Shown here: positions 57,819 to 64,000 of the stretch, piece after piece | How the letters are laid out: the number at the start of each line of letters is the position of its first letter | Numbering within the stretch: the stretch's first letter is position 1 | Source of the DNA: an uncultured Gemmatimonadales bacterium | GTDB taxonomy: Bacteria > Gemmatimonadota > Gemmatimonadetes > Longimicrobiales > RSA9 | NCBI GenBank assembly: GCA_963783305.1 | Contig: CAWAMW010000016.1 | Span: forward strand, 128,001 to 192,000 | Reading direction: 5' to 3' | Length of the DNA: 64,000 nt | Made by a program: the position numbers and the translations under genes | Notes under the pieces: generated by a model | Databases searched by the model: none | What the model was told of the DNA's origin: nothing | What the model saw: the letters and a program-made list of their open reading frames with translations, nothing else

Positions 57819-57854
57819 ACCAACAATTCCCGCGAACAGCATCGGAGGGAAAGC

Positions 57855-57894
57855 CCGAAAGGCGCAGCGCACCGCGTGCGGTTGCGCCTTTCGG
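57855..57894. other. Strong hairpin (terminator- or REP-like) just outside the IS end
   Basis: CCGAAAGGCGCA...TGCGCCTTTCGG 12-bp stem. Confidence 0.55.
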
Positions 57895-58012
57895 CCGCCC
57901 GCACCGCCCCCTCTCCTTGGGTTGGGGGGGGTCTGGCAGGGCGGCCCCGGAGGTGCGGTTGTACCTCGGCCTCTCATCGCTACATTGGAGTCACTACCAT
58001 TCAAGGAGAGAC

Positions 58013-58585
58013 ATGCGTTCAGCGATGGGTTTTGCACTCGCGGTGCTTCTGCTCCCGCTCCTGCCGGTCGGAGGGGAGTCGCAGACGCCGGAGCCGCTGG
58101 AAGTTGGGGATGTGGCCCCGGACTTCAGTGTGCCGGGTGCCGTTCGACATGGTGTTCTGGCCGAGCCGGTGACCCTGTCCGAGTACGCCGGTCAGACGGT
58201 GGTTCTCGCGTTCTTCTTCAGGGCACGGACCAAGGGCTGAACCGTCCAAATGCACGCGTACCGTGATCAGTACGCGCAGATCTTCAACCTCGGACAGGAC
58301 GTGGTGCTGATCGCTCTCAGCACCGATCCCATCGAGGAGCTCGCCGCTTGGGCGCGGGACGACGATTTCCCGTTTCTGATGGCAAGCGACGCAGCGCTCC
58401 AGGTCGCCGAGAAATATGGTGCGATCTACGAGAGCGGCGATACACGCATCACGAACCGGAACCTGTTCGTGATCGGGCCCGACGGGCGGATCGCTCATAC
58501 CGCGACACCATTCCTGCAAACGGATCCGACGGCGTACGAGGCGCTGGAGGCGGTGATCGACCGGCTGGCCTTGGAGCAGCCGTGA
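58013..58585 (+). CDS. Selenocysteine-containing peroxiredoxin (AhpC/TSA, BCP-like), exported; UGA at 58238-58240 read as Sec
   Basis: AAGGAG RBS, signal peptide, LEVGDVAPDF...VVLAFFFRARTKG-[TGA]-TVQMHAYRD...LSTD...ASD...RNLFVIGPDGRI; both halves are in one frame. Confidence 0.88.
58251..58278 (+). promoter_or_regulatory. Putative bacterial SECIS hairpin
   Basis: CGCGTAC-(CGTGATCA)-GTACGCG stem-loop; the loop starts about 21 nt after the UGA and has G at position 2. Confidence 0.75.
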
Positions 58586-58652
58586 GGGCGCGGCCAGCGA
58601 GCAGGCAGAGCGGGTCCTCGCCTTTGCTTGTCGCTGGCGAGTACCGCTCCCG

Positions 58653-59249
58653 CTACTTCCGCTCGAGGACGTTGCCGAGCGCGCCCACCAAGTCCTGATT
58701 CCCACCCGTGCCGGTGTAGGCGACGCGACCGTCCGCGTCGAGGATGATGACATACCCGGTCCCCGGGGGATCGAAGGCGCGGGTGAAGCGGCCGCGGGTG
58801 TCCCAGAGGACCTGCGGTGGCGGATCGTGCCGGACGAAGTGCTGCTTGACCTGGTCCCTCGTCTGGGCCACGGCGGCGGCAACGACCAGCACTTCCGCGG
58901 CGTCGCCGTGCGCCTGGCGGGCGGCCTCCATGCTCGGCTCGAGAGCTCGGCAGATGGCGCACCACGTCGCCCAGAACTCGATCAGGACCGGTCTGGTCCC
59001 GATGATCCCCGCGAGATCGAACGGCTCGCCGTCGAGCGTCTCGAGAACGATGGCCTCCGGCGTGTCTCCCACCTGAAGGCCGCCCTGTGCTTCCAGGGCC
59101 AGGGGAGCACCGTAGAGGATCGTAAGGGCGAGTATGGCGCCGGTCAGAATCCGCGGGAGTCGCCGGGGGTCTGGCGACGTGCGGGAGTCAACAGAGGATG
59201 AAGGGGCCGCTGTCACTGACCGAGTTCTTTTGCGCATGGCATCTTTCAT
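58653..59249 (-). CDS. TlpA/ResA-like thiol-disulfide oxidoreductase (start uncertain)
   Basis: PVLIEFWATWCAIC, ILDADGRV; N-terminal hydrophobic segment. Confidence 0.87.
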   Translation of the reverse strand: MKDAMRKRTRSVTAAPSSSVDSRTSPDPRRLPRILTGAILALTILYGAPLALEAQGGLQVGDTPEAIVLETLDGEPFDLAGIIGTRPVLIEFWATWCAICRALEPSMEAARQAHGDAAEVLVVAAAVAQTRDQVKQHFVRHDPPPQVLWDTRGRFTRAFDPPGTGYVIILDADGRVAYTGTGGNQDLVGALGNVLERK

Positions 59250-59474
59250 TGGGAGGGCCGGGCTGCAGGTCCGCTCGAGCTAATACTCACGTGGCGCACC
59301 GGAGGTCCCGCCACCGTGGTGTCCGCCGCGCGCGGGACCGTTCAGGCGCCGCCGTCTGATCATCCGCCACCTGACGCGAGCGCCCCTTGTGGGCGCGACA
59401 TGCACGGCTGACCTTCACGTTCGTCTGTCTGCCGAAGGATGTCGGTGGAGTCTACAGAGAGCGAGGAGATTTTC

Positions 59475-61040
59475 GTGCTACCAATCATCCGCTGGGCGGC
59501 GGTCGCGTGGCTGGTCGCCATGGCCAGCCCCCTCCATGGGCAGGATTTCCCTACCGACGATCCCATCATCCGCCAGATCTGGGAGGAGGGGATGGAGCGG
59601 TCGGAAGTCTACCCGTTGGGACAGGCGCTGCTCGACTCCATCGGGCCGCGCCTCACCGGCACACCCGGCCTGGACCACGCCCATGAGTGGCTGGTGCGGC
59701 TGTACCGGAGCTGGGGCATTGAGGCGGAGAACGAGACGTACGGGACATGGAAGGGGTGGGAGCGGGGCATCACGCACGTGGACCTCACCTCGCCGCGGGT
59801 GCGTACCCTCGACGCCACCCTCCTGAGCTGGAGCCCGGGGACGGGCGGCGCGGTGGAAGGCGCGGTGGTGGGGCTCCCCGCCGCCGGGGAGAGCATAGAG
59901 GCGTGGAAGCGCTCCATCCGCGGGTCTTTCGTTCTGGGCTCGCCGCCGGAGCTGTCGTGTCGGCCGATCGATCGCTGGGAGGAGTTCGCGGACGAGGACA
60001 CCTATGACGCTTTCGTCGCCGCGCGCGAAGCGGCCCTGGACGAATGGTCGGCGCGCTTCACGCGATTTGGCGTGGATGAGCGGCAGTTCATGGCCATGCT
60101 CGCGGACGCCGGGGCGGCCGGGCTCCTTACATCGAACTGGTCGGGAGGCTACGGAGCGCGGCGCGTGTTCGGGGACCAGGCCGGCCGGACACCGGTGCTG
60201 TCGGTAGGGTGCGAGGACTACGGACTGCTCCACCGGCTGGCGGACCACGGGCAGTCGCCCCGGGTCCGCGTGGACGCCCGCTCCACCGACCGGGGCGACG
60301 TGCCGGTCTACAACACCATCGGCACGATCCGTGGGACCGCGCGGCCGGACGAGTACGTGCTCCTCTCGGCGCACCTGGACTCGTGGGACGGCGCGCAGGG
60401 GGCGACGGACAACGGCACCGGCACGATCGTGATGGCGGAGGCCATGCGCCTCCTCAAGAAGTTCTACCCGAACCCGCGGCGGACCATCGTCGTGGGCCAC
60501 TGGGGGAGCGAGGAGCAGGGGCTGAACGGCTCGCGCGCGTTTGCGGCTGACCACCCGGAGGTGGTGGCCGGTCTCCAGGCGCTCTTCAATCAGGACAACG
60601 GCACGGGTCGGATCTCCAACGTTGGAATGCAGGGGCTGCTGAACGCCGGCTCCAATTTCGTGGGCTGGCTCGGCGCGATCCCGCCCGAACTCACGGCGGA
60701 CATCGATCTGGTGATCCCCGGCACACCCGGGGGCGGCGGGAGCGACTACGCGGCATTCAGCTGCGCTGGCGCGCCCGCGTTCGGCCTCTGGTCGGACTCA
60801 TGGGACTACGGGACGTACACCTGGCACACGAACCTCGATACGCTCGACAAGGTCGCCTTCGCCAACGTCCGCTCGAACGCGGTGCTCGTCGCGCTCCTCG
60901 CCTACATGGCCTCGGAGGACCCGGAGCTGATCGAGCGCACGCGCCGCTCCGTCCTGCCGGTCAATCCCCGCACAGGGGAACGCATGACCTGGCCCGAGTG
61001 CCAGCTGCCGGATCGCGCCTGGGAGGAGTACGGCCGGTAG
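59475..61040 (+). CDS. M28 family exported peptidase (carboxypeptidase Q-like)
   Basis: IGPRLTG, SAHLDSWD, GATDNGTG, WGSEEQGLNGS, NQDNG, SDY, WHTNLDT; GAGGAG RBS before the GTG. Confidence 0.9.
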   Translation: MLPIIRWAAVAWLVAMASPLHGQDFPTDDPIIRQIWEEGMERSEVYPLGQALLDSIGPRLTGTPGLDHAHEWLVRLYRSWGIEAENETYGTWKGWERGITHVDLTSPRVRTLDATLLSWSPGTGGAVEGAVVGLPAAGESIEAWKRSIRGSFVLGSPPELSCRPIDRWEEFADEDTYDAFVAAREAALDEWSARFTRFGVDERQFMAMLADAGAAGLLTSNWSGGYGARRVFGDQAGRTPVLSVGCEDYGLLHRLADHGQSPRVRVDARSTDRGDVPVYNTIGTIRGTARPDEYVLLSAHLDSWDGAQGATDNGTGTIVMAEAMRLLKKFYPNPRRTIVVGHWGSEEQGLNGSRAFAADHPEVVAGLQALFNQDNGTGRISNVGMQGLLNAGSNFVGWLGAIPPELTADIDLVIPGTPGGGGSDYAAFSCAGAPAFGLWSDSWDYGTYTWHTNLDTLDKVAFANVRSNAVLVALLAYMASEDPELIERTRRSVLPVNPRTGERMTWPECQLPDRAWEEYGR

Positions 61041-61046
61041 GCGCTG

Positions 61047-61856
61047 TCAGAGATCGCACGGGCCCGCGTTCGGCACGAAGAGCGGCTCGCCGAACCGGCC
61101 CGTGCCGTACTCCCCGATCAGACGCTGGGCCTCCGGGCCCGTGATCCATTTGGCGAATGCGCGGGCCGCGCCGTGACGGGGGGATCCGGCGACGGGGATC
61201 ACGCCGTACTGGTTGAACAACCGGTCATCCCCTTCCACCAGGACGACCAGCTCGCCGGAGCCTCGCTGGTCCAGGTACGTCGCCCGGTCGGTCAGTGTAT
61301 AGGCCCGCCGCTCCAACGCCATCCGGAGGACCTCCGCCATGCCCTGGCCGACCTCCATGTACCAACCGCCCGACGGCTCCACTCCCGCCGCCGACCACAG
61401 CGTTCGCTCCTTGCGGTGCGTCCCGCTGTCGTCCCCGCGGGACACGAACGGTGCCCGCTGACCAGCGATCCGCCGCAGCGCCTCGGCCGCGTCCTCCATC
61501 CCCGCGACGCCGGCCGGATCGGTGGCGGGACCGACGATCACGAAGTCGTTGTACATGACTTCACAGCGCGCGACCCCGTAGCCTGCGGCCACGAACGCAG
61601 ACTCCGCCGGCGGCGCGTGCACCAGGAGCACGTCGGCATCGCGACGCCGGCCCAGCTCCAGCGCCTGCCCGGTGCCGACCGCCGCCACCCGCACCCGCAC
61701 ACCCGGCTCCGCTTCCCTGAACGCCGGCAGCAGCACCTCGAACAGACCAGAGTCCTCGGTAGATGTAGTGGACGCCAGAAGCAGGTCCGTGCGCTCTTCT
61801 CCGCAGCCCAGCCCTACCACCAGCGACAGGATGCCCACCCACGCCAATCTCACCAT
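61047..61856 (-). CDS. tupA: Tungstate ABC transporter substrate-binding lipoprotein (TupA-like)
   Basis: ASTTSTEDSGL, VGTGQAL, VHAP, MYNDFVIVGP, SRGDDSGTH, YTLTDRATY; lipobox GLGC. Confidence 0.87.
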   Translation of the reverse strand: MVRLAWVGILSLVVGLGCGEERTDLLLASTTSTEDSGLFEVLLPAFREAEPGVRVRVAAVGTGQALELGRRRDADVLLVHAPPAESAFVAAGYGVARCEVMYNDFVIVGPATDPAGVAGMEDAAEALRRIAGQRAPFVSRGDDSGTHRKERTLWSAAGVEPSGGWYMEVGQGMAEVLRMALERRAYTLTDRATYLDQRGSGELVVLVEGDDRLFNQYGVIPVAGSPRHGAARAFAKWITGPEAQRLIGEYGTGRFGEPLFVPNAGPCDL

Positions 61857-62033
61857 CCGTCCAAGCCTCTCCCCCCCATGATCGCCCGGTCCCGAATCCT
61901 GACCCATACTCTGGCCTCCACCTTTCGAAGACCAGCCCTGGGCATTCGCCGGGTCGCGGACGGGAGTGGGAGAATCCCCCACGCGGCGACCCATAGCTTT
62001 CCCGATTGCCGGTGTGTACGGCGTGGCGCACGT

Positions 62034-62050
62034 TTGAGAACGATTTTCAA
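62034..62050 (+). promoter_or_regulatory. Fur-box-like palindrome upstream of feoB
   Basis: TTGAGAACGATTTTCAA, an AT-rich 7-1-7-like inverted repeat 28 nt before the feoB ATG. Confidence 0.7.
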
Positions 62051-62078
62051 CCGATCCGACGAAGCCAAAGCCGGGGTC

Positions 62079-64000
62079 ATGACGGAAACGACACAAACAG
62101 CGGCCGGAGGGCCGGCGAGGGCGTCGGCGGCAGCGACGGGGGAGCCGCTGTCGGCGTCCTCGTCGTGCCATGGGAGCACGGGTCCCACGCTGAGGCGCGG
62201 GCAGATGGAGGACGCGACGTTGCGGGTGGCCCTGGTGGGGGCGCCGAACGTGGGCAAGAGCTCGCTGTTCAACCGATTGACCGGTGCGTACGTCACGGTG
62301 TCGAACTACCCGGGCACGTCGGTGGGGGTGGACCGTGGCCGGTGGCAGATCGGGGGCTCGGCGGTGGAGCTCATCGACACGCCCGGGATGTACTCGCTGC
62401 TCCCTACGACGGAGGAGGAGCGGGTCGCGCGGGAGATCGTGCTGGCGGACGAGGCGGACGTGCTGGTGCAGGTCGCGGATGCCAAGAATCTGGATCGTGC
62501 GGTCTCGTTGACACTGCAGCTGCTGGAGGTGGGTCGACCCTTGGTGCTGGCCGTCAACATGATGGACGAGGCGGAGGCACTGGGGCTGCGGGTGGATCTG
62601 AGCGCGCTGGCGGAGCGTCTCGGGATCGGGGTGGTGGGCGTGGTGGCGGTGAAGGGCCGGGGCCTGGCGGAGCTGGGGGCGGCGGTGGAAGCGGCGGTGG
62701 AGCGGGCGGCGCCGCCCCGGCGGGCGTACGAGAACGGGGTCGGTCGGGCCATTGAGCGGGTGGGGGAGCGGCTGGCGGGCGTGTACCCCGTGCGTCCAGA
62801 GGCGCTGGCTGCGCTTCTGATCCAGGGTGACGATGAGGCGGTGGCCTGGGTAGTGGCGGCGGAGCCAGACGGAGGGCGCTCGGCGCTGGATGAGCTGGTG
62901 CTCGCCACCGCCGAATTCTCCGACGCGACGGTGTACCGGGTGGCGTATGAGCGGCACCGAGAGTCGGAGCGTCTGCTCGAGGGTGTGGTCAGCGGGGGCG
63001 ACGAGGAAGCGGAGTCGAGGTCGCTACGGGACCGACTCGGCGCGGCGCTGGCGCGGCCACTCTTTGGCATCCCGTTCCTGCTGGCGGTGCTCTACCTCGG
63101 CCTCTACAAGTTCGTGGGCGAGTTCGGCTCGGGGACGGTGGTGAACTGGCTGGAGACGACGGTGTTCGAGAACGGCCTCAACCCGTTCTTCCAGAGCTCG
63201 TTCGAGTGGCTGATCCCGTGGCCGTGGCTACAGGGCCTGTTCGTGGGGGAGTACGGCCTCCTCACGCTGGGGGTGCGCTACGCCGTGGCCATCATTCTCC
63301 CCATCGTCGGGACGTTCTTCCTCTTCTTCAGCGTCCTCGAGGACAGCGGGTATTTCCCCCGCCTGGCGCTGCTCGTCGACCGCACGTTCAAGAAGATCGG
63401 GCTGAGCGGGCGCGCGGTGATCCCCATGGTGCTCGGGTTCGCCTGCGACACCATGGCGACGATGGTGACGCGCACCCTCGAAAGCCGGCGCGAGCGAGTC
63501 CTCGCCACCATGCTCCTGGCCCTGGCCATTCCGTGCTCCGCACAGCTCGGCGTCATTCTGGCCATCCTGTCCGGGAACGGCGCGGCGCTCGCGGTGCTGG
63601 TTGTCGTCCTTACGGGCGTCTTCCTGCTCGTGGGGTGGATCGGCGCCCGTGTCCTGCCGGGAGAGCGGCCGACGTTCCACATGGAGCTTCCGCCGCTGCG
63701 CGCGCCGCGTGTCGGGAACGTGCTGGCCAAGACGGCCGCCCGGATGCAGTGGTACTTCATGGAGGTGCTCCCGCTCTTCCTGCTGGCCAGCGTCATCCTC
63801 TGGATCGGCGATCTCACGGGGATGCTCCAGAAGGCGGTGGCGGGTCTTGTGCCGGTCATGGGCTGGCTGGGTCTGCCTGCCGAAGCGGCGCAGGCGTTCC
63901 TGTTCGGGTTCTTCCGCCGCGACTACGGCGCCGCAGGTCTGTTCGACCTGAACCAGCAGGGGCTCCTGAGTCCGGTGCAGCTCACCGTGGCCGCCGTAAC
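62079..64000 (+). CDS. feoB: Ferrous iron transporter FeoB; runs off the window
   Basis: Manual translation: VALVGAPNVGKSSLFNRLTG, NYPGTSV, DTPGMYSL, NMMDE, LEDSGYFPR, PMVLGFAC, IPCSAQ, MELPP. Confidence 0.95.
   Translation, partial: MTETTQTAAGGPARASAAATGEPLSASSSCHGSTGPTLRRGQMEDATLRVALVGAPNVGKSSLFNRLTGAYVTVSNYPGTSVGVDRGRWQIGGSAVELIDTPGMYSLLPTTEEERVAREIVLADEADVLVQVADAKNLDRAVSLTLQLLEVGRPLVLAVNMMDEAEALGLRVDLSALAERLGIGVVGVVAVKGRGLAELGAAVEAAVERAAPPRRAYENGVGRAIERVGERLAGVYPVRPEALAALLIQGDDEAVAWVVAAEPDGGRSALDELVLATAEFSDATVYRVAYERHRESERLLEGVVSGGDEEAESRSLRDRLGAALARPLFGIPFLLAVLYLGLYKFVGEFGSGTVVNWLETTVFENGLNPFFQSSFEWLIPWPWLQGLFVGEYGLLTLGVRYAVAIILPIVGTFFLFFSVLEDSGYFPRLALLVDRTFKKIGLSGRAVIPMVLGFACDTMATMVTRTLESRRERVLATMLLALAIPCSAQLGVILAILSGNGAALAVLVVVLTGVFLLVGWIGARVLPGERPTFHMELPPLRAPRVGNVLAKTAARMQWYFMEVLPLFLLASVILWIGDLTGMLQKAVAGLVPVMGWLGLPAEAAQAFLFGFFRRDYGAAGLFDLNQQGLLSPVQLTVAAV

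Larger units (their letters stand above)
56628..57849. mobile_element. IS1595-family-like element bounded by 31-bp terminal inverted repeats
   Basis: CCCTCTGATGCTGTTCGCGGGAACTGTTGGT (56628-56658) matches the reverse complement of 57819-57849 at 29/31; no target-site duplication seen. Confidence 0.8.

Noticed and set aside
58013..58585. Peroxiredoxin pseudogene or two separate small genes
   Set aside because: The stop is TGA at the catalytic Cys position, the frame is preserved and a SECIS-like hairpin follows.
61857..62957. Long N-terminal extension of the 636-aa ORF containing tupA
   Set aside because: The extension is antisense to feoB; the lipoprotein signal starts at about 61856.

Overview
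GC-rich bacterial chromosomal window. The gene content (ADOP permease with PadR, DUF5916, M16/M28/EcxA-like peptidases, PBP1A) suggests Gemmatimonadota or Acidobacteriota; this is an inference. It holds about 53 CDSs, mostly housekeeping, envelope and metabolic genes, and I saw no rRNA, tRNA or CRISPR-Cas. Family assignments come from recognising motifs by eye, not from database searches. Five signals stand out. (1) An operon of glutamate dehydrogenase, two PPDK-like ATP-grasp proteins lacking the PEP/pyruvate barrel, an Asp-to-Asn pseudo-receiver and a small Zn-finger protein (13348-19764). (2) A 260-nt intergenic element folding into a multi-helix structure with two cUUCGg loops, a candidate ncRNA (21181-21440). 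(3) A ~190-bp dispersed element of three palindromic ~61-64 bp units with 14/17/14-nt variable cores, present twice in opposite orientation (1141-1326, 10267-10450). (4) An exported peroxiredoxin with an in-frame UGA at the catalytic position followed by a SECIS-like hairpin, i.e. a selenoprotein split by ORF calling (58013-58585). (5) An IS1595-like element with 31-bp inverted repeats whose intact ORF appears to lack the DDE catalytic residues (56628-57849).
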